Part shown: positions 35,370-45,363 of the stretch, piece by piece
How positions within the stretch are numbered: the first letter of the stretch is position 1
Layout: the number at the start of each line of letters is the position of its first letter
From: Spirochaetia bacterium
GTDB taxonomy: Bacteria; Spirochaetota; Spirochaetia; SZUA-6; Bin103
Reading direction: 5' to 3'
Assembly (NCBI GenBank): GCA_965203515.1
Contig: OZ241907.1
Coordinates: forward strand, 640,001 to 704,000
Length of the DNA stretch: 64,000 bases
The notes under the pieces: model-generated
What the model saw: only the letters and a program-made list of their open reading frames with translations
What the model was told of the DNA's origin: nothing
Databases searched by the model: none
Position numbers and translations under genes: made by a program

Positions 35370-36341
35370 CTACCACAACGTATACTCCGAGTAGCGGCGG
35401 GCGATGAAGTTGGTGCCCCACAGCAGGATCATCTGCACGCCGGTGCGCAGTATGGTCACCGCGGTGCTGAACTCGTACAGGAACCCCTCGAAGGCGAGCC
35501 GATAGATGTAGGTGTCGATCACGTCGGCCACCTCGTACACCAGCGGGTTGTACAGGTTGAAGACCTGCTCGAAGTTGGCGGTCATCAGCCCGCCCATGCG
35601 GAGGATGAACAGGATGGTGATCACCGGGATCATGCTGGGCAGGGTGATGTGCCACGCCATGCTGATGCGGCCGGCGCCGTCGATGTAGGCCGCCTCGTAC
35701 AGTTCCTGATCGATGCTGGCGAGGCTGGCCAAGTAGATGATGGTGCCGAAGCCGACCTCCTTCCAGATGCCGGAGATGATGTAGACCGCCAGCCACGGCT
35801 GCGGCTGCACCATCAGGTAGGGCGCCTGCGCGCCGAAGAAGCGGTATACGGCGCCCATCACGCCGGAGCCGGGCGACATGAACTCGACCACCAGGGCGCC
35901 CAGGAACACCCACGACAGGAAGTGCGGGAAGTACAGGATCGACTGCACCGTGCGCTTGTAGGTCTGGGAGCGGAGCTCGTTGAGCAGGATCGCCAGGATG
36001 ATCGGCGCCGGAAACCAGAACACCGTGGTCAGCACCGCGAGGCGGAGGGTGTTGAACACGGCCCGCAGGAAGGCGTCGGGAGCGAGGAACAGCCGGTCGA
36101 AGTGCTTCAGGAGCGGCGTGGCCCACGGGCTCCCCAGGATCCCTTCGTTCACGTCGAAAGTCTTGAAGGACAGGGTCAGCCCGTACAGCGGCAGGTAGTT
36201 GAAGACGATCAGCCAGATCGTGCCGGGGATGAGCAGCAGCAGCAGCGAGCGGTGGACGTAGACGTCCCGCATCCACTGCATGCGGCTGCGGCGGCCCGTC
36301 CGCAGTGCGACGGAGCGGGTGTACGTTGGGGTAGCTCCCAT
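35370..36341 (-). CDS. Carbohydrate ABC transporter permease (LplB-like)
   Basis: 'FNYLPLYG', 'YFPHFLSWV', 'ELYEAAYIDGA', 'DVIDTYIY'. Confidence 0.92.
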   Translation of the reverse strand: MGATPTYTRSVALRTGRRSRMQWMRDVYVHRSLLLLLIPGTIWLIVFNYLPLYGLTLSFKTFDVNEGILGSPWATPLLKHFDRLFLAPDAFLRAVFNTLRLAVLTTVFWFPAPIILAILLNELRSQTYKRTVQSILYFPHFLSWVFLGALVVEFMSPGSGVMGAVYRFFGAQAPYLMVQPQPWLAVYIISGIWKEVGFGTIIYLASLASIDQELYEAAYIDGAGRISMAWHITLPSMIPVITILFILRMGGLMTANFEQVFNLYNPLVYEVADVIDTYIYRLAFEGFLYEFSTAVTILRTGVQMILLWGTNFIARRYSEYTLW

Positions 36342-36542
36342 CGGCGGTCGAACCGGACCATAGCAAAGCCCCGCGGACGGTGCAATACCGCAGGCTGAGC
36401 TGCGCGCCCCGCGCCCAGGGCGCCGACAGCCGCCGGATGGCGCGCCGTCCGGCGCGGGCGCGGAGGCCGGAGCGAGCCAATTTGACGCGATCGAGTCGAT
36501 TGAGAGACGATGCGTGGCTCCGAGAGACTGCAGGAGCAACCT

Positions 36543-38363
36543 GTGACCCAAAGAATTCGCAGCGTGGCTCACGGGTTCACGTTGGCCGGACGAGAGGCGC
36601 CCGGCACGCTGGCTCGACTGATCGCGCTGAATACGGTGGCGGGACTGGCGCCGGCCGCGATGCTCTACGTGCAGAAGATCGTCATCGATCTGATTGCGGA
36701 CTTCGGCGAGGCGGGCGGAGGACTGGGAGCGCTCCTGGGCTCACCATGGAAGCTGATCGCTGCCGGCGCGGTTTTCGTGGCGCTGGATCTGGTGCTGGAT
36801 GGGGTGGAACAGTTCGTCCAATTCGAGGCCGGCACGTTTAGCGACAAGATTACGGCGGGCGCCAAGCGCCTCGTGCAGGCGCACCTGGAGAAATTGCGGG
36901 GAGTCGCGTTGTTCGAGACCCCCAGGTTTCGGAGCCGGCTGAAGCTGGCGGTCGATGCGATTCCGAGCGTCGACTACTTCGGCAACGCGTTGCACTATCT
37001 GTTGTTCGGGTTCCTTGGAGCGGTGCCGCTGATCGCGATGTGCGCGACGTTGGGCTGGTGGGTGCCGCTCGTCACGATCGCGCTTGCCCTGCCGTCGGCG
37101 TACGTGCGGAACGGGATCGAGAATAGCGCCTGGTCACTCAAGGAGGCGCAGGCCGAGACCGCGAAGCGGATGGATGCTTACGAGCGGATGCTGACGACGG
37201 CGGATCATGCCAAGGAGACGCGGCTGTTGGGCATCGGCGACCTGGTGCGGAGCCGGTGGCAGCACGCCTTCGACGGCGCGTTGCGCAAGGTCCTGTGGCT
37301 CCGGGCGCGCAGCCAAAGGAAGGTGCTGGTCTGGTCGTTCGTGTCGGCCGCGGGCGTCAGCGCGGCGTTCTTGTACGTCGTGCGGCAGGGGTTGCGGGGG
37401 ACGCTTTCCGCCGGCGATCTGGCGCTCTATCTCGGAGCGGTGTTTCAACTCAGGCGTTCGCTTCAGTACGTCTTGAGTTGTATCGTCGATATCTTCGCGC
37501 AGGGACTCCGCATCCGGGCGATCGAAGACGTGTTGACCATGGACGACGGGCTGCGCGATCGGCCGCCGGCGGCGCGGCGCGAGTCGACCGCGGGGCTGAC
37601 CTTCGAAGACGTGACGTTTCGCTATCCGGGCTCGGAGGCGGACGCCGTGCAGGGGGTGAGCTTTGGCGTCGCGCAGGGGCGGTCGGTCGCGCTGGTCGGC
37701 GCCAACGGTTCGGGCAAGACCACGCTCGTGAAGCTGGCGTGCAGGTTGTACGACCCGGACGCCGGCGCGGTGAGTTGGAACGGCCGGCCGCTGCCCGAGA
37801 TTCCGGTCGACGGCTGGCGTGCCAACGTCGCCGCGCTGATGCAGGATCACAGCCGCTTTCCGGTCAGCGCGTTCGACAACGTCTGGTTCGGCAACGTTGC
37901 CGCTTCCGAAGACGATCTGGACGGCGTGCGCGCCGCCGCCCGGCGGAGCGGCATCGACCGGCGTATCGAGCGCCTTCCGGCCGGCTGGCGGACGCCGCTG
38001 GCCAAGGAGCTGGAAGGAGGCCGGGACCTGTCCGGCGGGGAGTGGCAACGGCTGGCGCTGGCGCGCGCGTTCTACCGGTCGGAGGCGGCGCTCATCGTGC
38101 TGGACGAACCGACGTACGGCGTCGATCCGGCTGCGGAAGGCGACGTCTGGGAACGGGTGCGCGGCTGGATCGCCGGTCGTACCGCCTTGATCGTCAGCCA
38201 CCGACTGGGGCTGACCCGGTTCGTCGACGAGATCGTGGTGATGGATGGCGGCAGCGTGGTGGAGCGCGGCGACCACGCGTCGCTGATGACCGCCGCCGGG
38301 CTCTACGCTCGCATGTTCGAAACGCAGGCGCGTCCGTACCGCGCGCCTGACGACGGGCCATGA
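36543..38363 (+). CDS. ABC exporter, fused TMD + NBD (paralog 1)
   Basis: AGGAG SD before GTG 36543; TM domain; 'GANGSGKT', 'LSGGEWQRLALAR', 'LDEPT', 'VSHR'. Confidence 0.9.
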   Translation: MTQRIRSVAHGFTLAGREAPGTLARLIALNTVAGLAPAAMLYVQKIVIDLIADFGEAGGGLGALLGSPWKLIAAGAVFVALDLVLDGVEQFVQFEAGTFSDKITAGAKRLVQAHLEKLRGVALFETPRFRSRLKLAVDAIPSVDYFGNALHYLLFGFLGAVPLIAMCATLGWWVPLVTIALALPSAYVRNGIENSAWSLKEAQAETAKRMDAYERMLTTADHAKETRLLGIGDLVRSRWQHAFDGALRKVLWLRARSQRKVLVWSFVSAAGVSAAFLYVVRQGLRGTLSAGDLALYLGAVFQLRRSLQYVLSCIVDIFAQGLRIRAIEDVLTMDDGLRDRPPAARRESTAGLTFEDVTFRYPGSEADAVQGVSFGVAQGRSVALVGANGSGKTTLVKLACRLYDPDAGAVSWNGRPLPEIPVDGWRANVAALMQDHSRFPVSAFDNVWFGNVAASEDDLDGVRAAARRSGIDRRIERLPAGWRTPLAKELEGGRDLSGGEWQRLALARAFYRSEAALIVLDEPTYGVDPAAEGDVWERVRGWIAGRTALIVSHRLGLTRFVDEIVVMDGGSVVERGDHASLMTAAGLYARMFETQARPYRAPDDGP

Positions 38364-40169
38364 AGCCATGAAGGAGGAACTGCGTAGCGAACTGCGCAGC
38401 ATTGCGCAGGGGATCGGCTTGGCGATCGCCCAAGCGCCCGGGGCGTTCACGCGGCTGTTCGTGCTCAACGCGGTCGGCGGCGCGGCGCCCGCGGTCGTGT
38501 TGTTCATTCAGAAGCTGTTGATCGACGGCATTACGGCCGCTTCGCCGGGCGTCGGTCTGGCGGAACTGATCGGTTCGCCGACGGTCCTGGGCGCGGCCAT
38601 CGGCAGCTTTCTGATACTGAACACGATAATCGACGCGGTAGAGCATCTCGTCTTCTTTTCGTCCAGTACGTTTCGGGACAAGGTGGTCGGGGCGACCAAG
38701 CGCCGCATCCTGCGCGACATAGGGAAGTTGCGCGGCATCCGGCCGTTCGAGACGCCGGCGTTTGCAAGCCGGTTGCATCTTGCCGTCGCGTCCATACCCA
38801 GCATCGATTACTTCGGGAAGCTGCTGCATCAGGTGCTGGTCGGTGCGCTTGCGGTGGCGCCGTTGGCCGCGCTCACCGCTACGCTGGGCTGGTGGGTGCC
38901 GTTGGTGATCATCGCGGCGATCGGTCCATCGATGTACGTGCAGAACCGGCTGGAGGACCGGACCTGGTCTCTCAAGGTGGCTCAGGCGGAGACGGAGAAG
39001 CAGATCGGCGCCCATGAGCGGATGCTGACGGCGTTCGACTACGCCAAGGAGACGCGCCTGCTGGGGATCGGCGGGCTCCTGATGGAGCGATGGCGCACGC
39101 TGGTCTACGGCGCGATGCATCGGATCATCCGCCTCAGAGCCCAGGGGCGGCGCACGGTGCTGCTCTGGTCGCTGGTTTCCGCAGCGGGCGTCAGCGCGGC
39201 GTTTCTCTACGTCGTTCGGCAAGGGCTGCGCGGGATGATGTCGGCCGGCGACCTGGCGCTCTACATCGGAGCGGTGTTTCAATTTCGTCGCAATCTCTTC
39301 CTGTTGATCTCGTCATTCGTCGAGCTTCGTGCGCAGGGATTTCGGGTGCGGGCGATTCAGGACGTGCGGGAGATGGACGACGGGCTGCGCGATCGGCCGC
39401 CGGCGGCGCGGCCTGAGTCGACCGCGGGGCTGACCTTCGATGAGGTGACGTTTCGCTATCCCGGCTCGGAGGTCGACGCCGTGCGGGGAGTGAGCTTTGG
39501 CGTCGCTCAGGGTCGGTCGGTCGCGCTGGTCGGCGCCAACGGTTCGGGCAAGACCACGCTGGTGAAGCTGGCGTGCCGGTTGTACGACCCGGACGGCGGC
39601 GCGGTGAGTTGGAACGGCCGGCCGCTGCCCGAGATGCCGGTCGACGGCTGGCGTGCCAACGTCGCCGCGCTGATGCAGGATCACAGCCGCTTTCCGGTCA
39701 GCGCGTTCGACAATGTGTGGTTCGGCAACGTTGCCGCTTCCGAAGACGATCTGGACGGCGTGCGCGCCGCCGCCCGGCGGAGCGGCATCGACGGGCGGAT
39801 CGAGCGCCTGCCGGCCGGCTGGCGGACGCCGCTGGCCAAGGAGCTGGAAGGAGGCCGGGACCTGTCCGGCGGGGAGTGGCAACGGCTGGCGCTGGCGCGC
39901 GCGTTCTACCGGTCGGAGGCGGCGCTCATCGTGCTGGACGAACCGACGTACGGCGTCGACCCGGCTGCGGAGGGCGACGTCTGGGAACGGGTGCGCGGCT
40001 GGATCGCCGGTCGCACCGCCTTGATCGTCAGCCACCGACTGGGGCTGACGCGATTCGTCGACGAGATAGTGGTGATGGATGGCGGCCGGGTGGTGGAGCG
40101 CGGCGACCACGCGTCGCTGATGACCGCCGCCGGGCTCTACGCTCGCATGTTCAGAACGCAGGCGCGTCC
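37539..40169 (+). repeat. Direct repeat of about 800 bp: 37539-38335 and 39373-40169 (NBD-coding halves)
   Basis: Both begin ATGGACGACGGGCTGCGCGATCGG and end ACGCAGGCGCGTCC at a constant offset of 1834 nt, with only scattered substitutions. Confidence 0.92.
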
Positions 40170-40179
40170 CTATCTGTAG
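38368..40179 (+). CDS. ABC exporter, fused TMD + NBD (paralog 2)
   Basis: Same motifs; NBD almost identical to paralog 1. Confidence 0.9.
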   Translation: MKEELRSELRSIAQGIGLAIAQAPGAFTRLFVLNAVGGAAPAVVLFIQKLLIDGITAASPGVGLAELIGSPTVLGAAIGSFLILNTIIDAVEHLVFFSSSTFRDKVVGATKRRILRDIGKLRGIRPFETPAFASRLHLAVASIPSIDYFGKLLHQVLVGALAVAPLAALTATLGWWVPLVIIAAIGPSMYVQNRLEDRTWSLKVAQAETEKQIGAHERMLTAFDYAKETRLLGIGGLLMERWRTLVYGAMHRIIRLRAQGRRTVLLWSLVSAAGVSAAFLYVVRQGLRGMMSAGDLALYIGAVFQFRRNLFLLISSFVELRAQGFRVRAIQDVREMDDGLRDRPPAARPESTAGLTFDEVTFRYPGSEVDAVRGVSFGVAQGRSVALVGANGSGKTTLVKLACRLYDPDGGAVSWNGRPLPEMPVDGWRANVAALMQDHSRFPVSAFDNVWFGNVAASEDDLDGVRAAARRSGIDGRIERLPAGWRTPLAKELEGGRDLSGGEWQRLALARAFYRSEAALIVLDEPTYGVDPAAEGDVWERVRGWIAGRTALIVSHRLGLTRFVDEIVVMDGGRVVERGDHASLMTAAGLYARMFRTQARPYL

Positions 40180-40305
40180 CCGCAGCGGTGCCCGCCGGAT
40201 CGAGGGAAGACCTCGACCTTTGGCCGTGCGCCGGACTACGATGGCCGCGGTTCACCGATGTGATGGCAGCCGCGACCGGCCGTTCCGGCACAGGAGAGGA
40301 AAGAC

Positions 40306-42798
40306 GTGGATCACTTGACGCTGCACGTAGCCGCCGGCGGCGATGACGCCGCGCCCGGAACCGAGGAGGCGCCGTTCGCGACCGTGGAGCGCGCCCGTGA
40401 CGCGGTGGCCGAGCTGCTGCGCGCCGGACCGCCGCGGTCGATCACGGTGTCGATTCACGCCGGCGTCTACCACCTGAGCGGCACGCTGGAGCTCGACGGC
40501 GCGGTCTCCGGCACCGCGGACCACCCGGTCGTGTTCAGGTCGGCGCCGGGCGAGCGGGTGGTGCTCTCCGGCGGCCGGCCGGTGACCGGCTGGCAGCGCG
40601 AGGCGGGCGCCGGCGACCTCTGGGCGGCCCCCGCCCCCGCCGGCGGCGTGTTTCGCACCCTGCGGGTCGGCGACCGGCTCGCCGAACGCGCGCGCTACCC
40701 GTCGGCCGACGCCGGGGACCGCATCCGCGGCGGCTGGCTGTTCGCCGACTGGTGGCGCCATCCGTGGGAGCGCGGCCGCTTCGAGCAGCCGGTCAGCCGC
40801 GTCCGCCGCGCCGGCGACTATCTGCAGTGGCGCGTGCGGGTGCCGGCGACGGCGACCTACCAAGTCTGGATCTGCTACGTCAAGGACGAGAGCACCACCC
40901 ATCCCGCCATCGCGTCCGTGTTCGGCGCGCGCGGCGGCGAACGGGTGAAGCTGGCCGACTTGGCCGTCACCCCGGATTGGCGCTCGGGCACGCACGAGGC
41001 GTTCCCGTACGTGGCGGCCGGCGAGATCCGGCTGGAGGAAGGCGAGCGCGACCTGTACTGGGAGAACATCTCCGGGGGCCAGATCGACTTCGACGCCGCG
41101 GTGCTCTGCAGCGACCGCGATTGGGACCCGGCCGAGCGCATCCGCCTGACGATCTGGCACCCGCGCGCCTACGAGGTCGATCCGCCGGCGTCCGGTACCG
41201 ATTATCTGGTGCTGCAGGCCGAGGCGTTTTCGAGCGCCAGCCCCGGCGTCGGCATCGCCGACGTGGAGCCGAGCGGCGCGCCCCGCGCCGAGCCGGGCGG
41301 TCGGCCGGGTCTGGTCACCATGGCGCCCGACGACGTCCCCGCCTGGACCGATTGGGAGGGGGCGGAGATCGACATCTTCTCCGCCTGGGGCTGGAACAAC
41401 CTGATCCAGCCGGTGAAGCGGTACGACGCCGCGTCGCGCACCGTCCACTTCGAGTCCTACAACGACGTGCGGCCGGGCAACCGGTACTCCATCTCCGGCG
41501 TGCGCGGCGCGCTCACCGATCCGGGAGAGTGGCACCTGGACGCGGCGAGCGGCACGATCCGCTACCTCGCCCCGGCCGGCACGGAGCGCATCGACGGGGC
41601 GGTCGCCGGCCTGCTGAAGACCGCGGTGCGCATCTCCGGCAGCCACGTCGAGCTGCGCGATCTGGTGATCGCCGACACCGATTACGGCGTCGCCCCCGAC
41701 CCGGCCGCGCAGGACGGCGCGATCGAGCTCGACCGGGCCGAGTACTGCTCGGTGGTCGGCTGCCGCTTCGAGTGCGTCAACGGCTGGGGGGTGCGGATGG
41801 TGAACCGCAGCCACCACAACCGCGTCGAGCGCTGCACCATGCACGATCTGGGACAGGGCGGCGTGGAGCTGTTCGGCGACGACTACAGCCAGCCGTTCGA
41901 GAACGAGATCGTCGCCAACGACATCGCCGACTGCGGCCGCGTGTACGCGCACGTCGCCGGCGTCTACGGCAACGCGTCGAGCCGCAATCGCATCGCCTGC
42001 AACCGCATCCGCCGCATGCCGCGCTACGCCATCTCGCTCAAGTCGGGCGGCGGTCACTCCGCGCATCAGAACGTGATCGAATACAACGACATCGCCGACC
42101 TCAACCTGGCGACCAGCGACACCGGTGCGATCGAGATCTACGGCGGCGACCGCAAGCCGACCGGCAACGTCGTGCGCTACAACCGCATCGTCAACTCGGT
42201 CGGGCTCAAGGTCGACGACCGCGGCCGGTTCGTGACGCCGGTCTACTCGTGGGGTATCTATCTCGACGACTGGTGCTCGGGGGTCACCATCCACGGCAAC
42301 ATCATCGTCGGCAACGTGGTCGGCGGCGTGAACATGCACGGCGGGTGGGGCAACCTGGTGGAGAACAACATCCTGGTCGACGGCCAGCGCCGGCAGCTTT
42401 CGCTGGCGCCGATCTTCAGCGACCTGCAGAGCCGGACGCTGCGCGACAACATCTTCCGCCGCAACGTCGTGGCGTGGTCGGAGCGCACGTCGGCGGTGAT
42501 CTGGTGCCGTCCGCGGCGCTGGTATCCGGAGATACTGCGCGAGTGCGACCACAACGTGTACCACTTTTGCGGCGGCTCGCTCGACCTGGAGTCGCCGGAG
42601 ATCGACGTCACGCCGCTCGGCAGCCTGCAGCGCTGGCGGGACGCCGGCTTCGACCGCCACAGCGTGATCGCCGATCCGCTGTTCGTCGCCCCGGCGGCCG
42701 GAGACTTCACGCTGCGCGCCGACTCGCCGGCCTTCGCCATGGGCTTCCGGCCGATCCCCGTGGACCGCATCGGCCCGGACGGCTACGCCAAGGAATGA
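40306..42798 (+). CDS. Right-handed parallel beta-helix protein (GH141/polysaccharide lyase-like)
   Basis: 'HVAAGGDD..PGT..APFAT..RARDA', 'LTDPGEW', Asn-ladder repeats, 'SDTGAI', 'GIYLDD', 'D.HS..ADPLF'. Confidence 0.85.
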   Translation: MDHLTLHVAAGGDDAAPGTEEAPFATVERARDAVAELLRAGPPRSITVSIHAGVYHLSGTLELDGAVSGTADHPVVFRSAPGERVVLSGGRPVTGWQREAGAGDLWAAPAPAGGVFRTLRVGDRLAERARYPSADAGDRIRGGWLFADWWRHPWERGRFEQPVSRVRRAGDYLQWRVRVPATATYQVWICYVKDESTTHPAIASVFGARGGERVKLADLAVTPDWRSGTHEAFPYVAAGEIRLEEGERDLYWENISGGQIDFDAAVLCSDRDWDPAERIRLTIWHPRAYEVDPPASGTDYLVLQAEAFSSASPGVGIADVEPSGAPRAEPGGRPGLVTMAPDDVPAWTDWEGAEIDIFSAWGWNNLIQPVKRYDAASRTVHFESYNDVRPGNRYSISGVRGALTDPGEWHLDAASGTIRYLAPAGTERIDGAVAGLLKTAVRISGSHVELRDLVIADTDYGVAPDPAAQDGAIELDRAEYCSVVGCRFECVNGWGVRMVNRSHHNRVERCTMHDLGQGGVELFGDDYSQPFENEIVANDIADCGRVYAHVAGVYGNASSRNRIACNRIRRMPRYAISLKSGGGHSAHQNVIEYNDIADLNLATSDTGAIEIYGGDRKPTGNVVRYNRIVNSVGLKVDDRGRFVTPVYSWGIYLDDWCSGVTIHGNIIVGNVVGGVNMHGGWGNLVENNILVDGQRRQLSLAPIFSDLQSRTLRDNIFRRNVVAWSERTSAVIWCRPRRWYPEILRECDHNVYHFCGGSLDLESPEIDVTPLGSLQRWRDAGFDRHSVIADPLFVAPAAGDFTLRADSPAFAMGFRPIPVDRIGPDGYAKE

Positions 42799-42823
42799 TC
42801 GGGACCCGAACGGCGCTCGCGCT

Positions 42824-43999
42824 TCAATCGGCGGCGAAGGCGATGAGGCGCCGCAGGCCTTCGCGGAGCTGGTCCGGGGCGCTGGCCAGGGAGATGCGCA
42901 CGCGGCCCTGGCCGCCGGCGCCGAAGGTCTGGCCGGGGGCGACCGCTACGTCGGCCTCCTGGAGCAGGCGGCGAGCGTAGGCGTAGGTGTCGTCGATCCG
43001 GCCGGGCAGGTCGACCAGCAGGTAGAAGGCCCCGGCCGGCCGATAGCTGCTGAGGCCGGCGCGTGCCAGCAGGCCGCAGGCCAGATCGCGCCGCTCGCGG
43101 TAGGCGCGGACCATGGCGGCGACGCAGTCCTGCGGCCCGGTGAGCGCCGCCAGCGCCGCGTGCTGGGAGAGCACGGGAGCGCACGCCACGGTCGCCTCCT
43201 GGAGCTTCACCAGCAGCGGCGCGATCGGCTTGGGGCAGGCGACGTAGCCGACCCGCCAGCCGGTCATGGCATAGCTCTTGGAGAAGCTGCCGACCGTGAA
43301 GCAGCGATCGCCGGCGCCGAGGCCGGCGGCAAGGCCGGCGGGGCTGACGTGCCGGCCGTCGAAGACGATCTTTTCGTAGCACTCGTCGGAGATCAGATAG
43401 AGATCGTGCCGTTCGGCAAGCTCGACGATCCGTTCCAGCCGGTCGCGGCGCATGACGGCCCCGGTCGGGTTCGACGGGCTGGCGACCATGATCGCCTTCG
43501 TGCGCGGCGACACGGCGGCGGCCAGCGCGTCGAGGTCCGGTTGGTAGCCGTCGGCGGCGACCAGCGGGTAGGGCACCGCCGCGGCGCCGCACAGCTCGGC
43601 GGCCATCCGGTAGTTGGGATAGCCGGGGTCCGGCACCAGGAGCTGGTCGCCCGGCTCCAGCACGCTCTGCTGGCTGGCGTACAGGGCGCCCATCGCGCCG
43701 ATGGTGATCATGATCTGCTCGGTCGTGACGGCGATCCCCTGCTCCTCCCGCAGCATGACGCGGAGCGCCTCGCGCAACTCGGGCAGGCCGGCGTTCGGCG
43801 TGTAGCCGGTCTTGCCGGCCTCGGCGGCGCGGGCGGCCGCGGCGCAGACGTGCGCGGGCGTGGGGAAGTCGGGCTGGCCGACCTCCAGATGGATGACGCC
43901 GGGCCGTTGCGCCACGTCGAGTATGGCGCGGATACCGGAGCGCGGTACCGCCTCGACCCGAGGATTGACCGATCGCAGGGAGCGGCTCGCTTGCCTCAG
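42824..43999 (-). CDS. PLP-dependent aminotransferase class I/II
   Basis: 'GQPDF', 'GYTPNAG', 'SPSNPTG', 'SDECY', 'SFSKSYAMTGWRVG'; start tentative (CTG overlapping upstream TGA). Confidence 0.9.
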   Translation of the reverse strand: MRQASRSLRSVNPRVEAVPRSGIRAILDVAQRPGVIHLEVGQPDFPTPAHVCAAAARAAEAGKTGYTPNAGLPELREALRVMLREEQGIAVTTEQIMITIGAMGALYASQQSVLEPGDQLLVPDPGYPNYRMAAELCGAAAVPYPLVAADGYQPDLDALAAAVSPRTKAIMVASPSNPTGAVMRRDRLERIVELAERHDLYLISDECYEKIVFDGRHVSPAGLAAGLGAGDRCFTVGSFSKSYAMTGWRVGYVACPKPIAPLLVKLQEATVACAPVLSQHAALAALTGPQDCVAAMVRAYRERRDLACGLLARAGLSSYRPAGAFYLLVDLPGRIDDTYAYARRLLQEADVAVAPGQTFGAGGQGRVRISLASAPDQLREGLRRLIAFAAD

Positions 44000-45306
44000 G
44001 CAGGGGCGGCGGCGTTCGCGGCGGGGGAAGCGGCCGCCTGCGCGGCGCTCACGGCGACGCCGGGCGTCACCGTCACGCCGTAGCGCGGCAGCACCTGCTC
44101 CATCGCGTTGAGCAGGGCGCAGACCGAGTCGAGGTTGGCCACGAAGCCCATCAGACCGACTCGGCTGCCGGCGTACCCCATCTCGCGCACCTCCTGGGAG
44201 CCGCCGGCGGTGGCGATGCCGTGCTCGCGCCACACGGTTCGCATGTACTCCTGCGTCGGGAACGAGTCGCCTGGCATCACCACGCAGGTCGAGCAGGACG
44301 CGGCGATCCGTTCGTCGGCCAGGACCCGCAGTCCCATGGCGCGCACGCCGGCGCGCAGTGCCCGGCCGGCGGCGGCGTGGCGGGCGATCACGCGGTCAGG
44401 GCCTTCCTGCACGATCTCTCGCAACGCTCCCCGCAGCGCCAGCAGCAGCGAGTACGACTGCGACGGGCCGTGCGCGGCCTTGTAGGCGGTCACCGACGTA
44501 TCGACGGCGCCGCCGTCATCGGTCGATTCGCCGTTCGCGGACGGCGATTCGGCCGTTTCGCCGTGCGTCTGCTCCCGTGCCTGCCGCACGCCGTGATGCC
44601 AGCGCCTCCAGGTCTCCAGGTCGAGGCACAGGCCGGGAATCGGGCTCGATCGCCGCTCGGCGGCCTGCCATGCGCGCGGTCCCACGGCCACGATGGCGAT
44701 CCCCTGGGGAGCGTTGACGCATTTCTGGCTGCTGGTGCAGCAGACGTCGATGCCCCAGTCGTCGATGCGCAGCGGTTCGGAGGTGAGGGACGATACGGCG
44801 TCGACCAGATAGAGGACGTGCGGAAACTCCTCGCGGATCATCGCGCCGATCTCCCGTACCGGGTTGACGGTGCCGGCCGTGGTCTCCAGATGGACCACGG
44901 CGAACATCTTGGCGTCCGGGCGGTCGCGTAGCGCCTCCCGCGCCCGGTCGACCGTGACCGCGGTGCCGGGCGGCAGCTTGACCTGCGCGGCGGTCGCGCC
45001 GACGACGGTGACCAAGTCGGTCAGCACCTGCCCGAACATCCCGGTGTTGACCGTCACGCAGACGTCGCCGCGTTCCAGGAACGTGTTGAACGCCGCCTCC
45101 TCGCCGTAGGTCGCCGAGCCGACCGGCAGCAGCACGTCGCCGCCGGTATGCAGTATCTCGCGCAGCATCGCCACGCAATCGCCTTCGACGTCATAGAAGG
45201 GCGGGTAGTAGATCGGGTTGGGCAGGGGCTGGCCCATCGCCTGGCGCGCGGCCGGGTGAAGGTCGGTCTGCCCGCAGGACAGGTTGAGGTGCAATGCGGC
45301 GCTCAT
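43996..45306 (-). CDS. Class V aminotransferase (serine/alanine-glyoxylate transaminase-like)
   Basis: 'NTGMFG', 'VHLETTAG', 'VDAVSS', 'TSSQKC..PQG'. Confidence 0.88.
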   Translation of the reverse strand: MSAALHLNLSCGQTDLHPAARQAMGQPLPNPIYYPPFYDVEGDCVAMLREILHTGGDVLLPVGSATYGEEAAFNTFLERGDVCVTVNTGMFGQVLTDLVTVVGATAAQVKLPPGTAVTVDRAREALRDRPDAKMFAVVHLETTAGTVNPVREIGAMIREEFPHVLYLVDAVSSLTSEPLRIDDWGIDVCCTSSQKCVNAPQGIAIVAVGPRAWQAAERRSSPIPGLCLDLETWRRWHHGVRQAREQTHGETAESPSANGESTDDGGAVDTSVTAYKAAHGPSQSYSLLLALRGALREIVQEGPDRVIARHAAAGRALRAGVRAMGLRVLADERIAASCSTCVVMPGDSFPTQEYMRTVWREHGIATAGGSQEVREMGYAGSRVGLMGFVANLDSVCALLNAMEQVLPRYGVTVTPGVAVSAAQAAASPAANAAAPA

Positions 45307-45363
45307 GGCGACGGGACTATGCAGGATGGCCGCCGGCTCGACAACCGCGCCGGTGCGGTGCGC

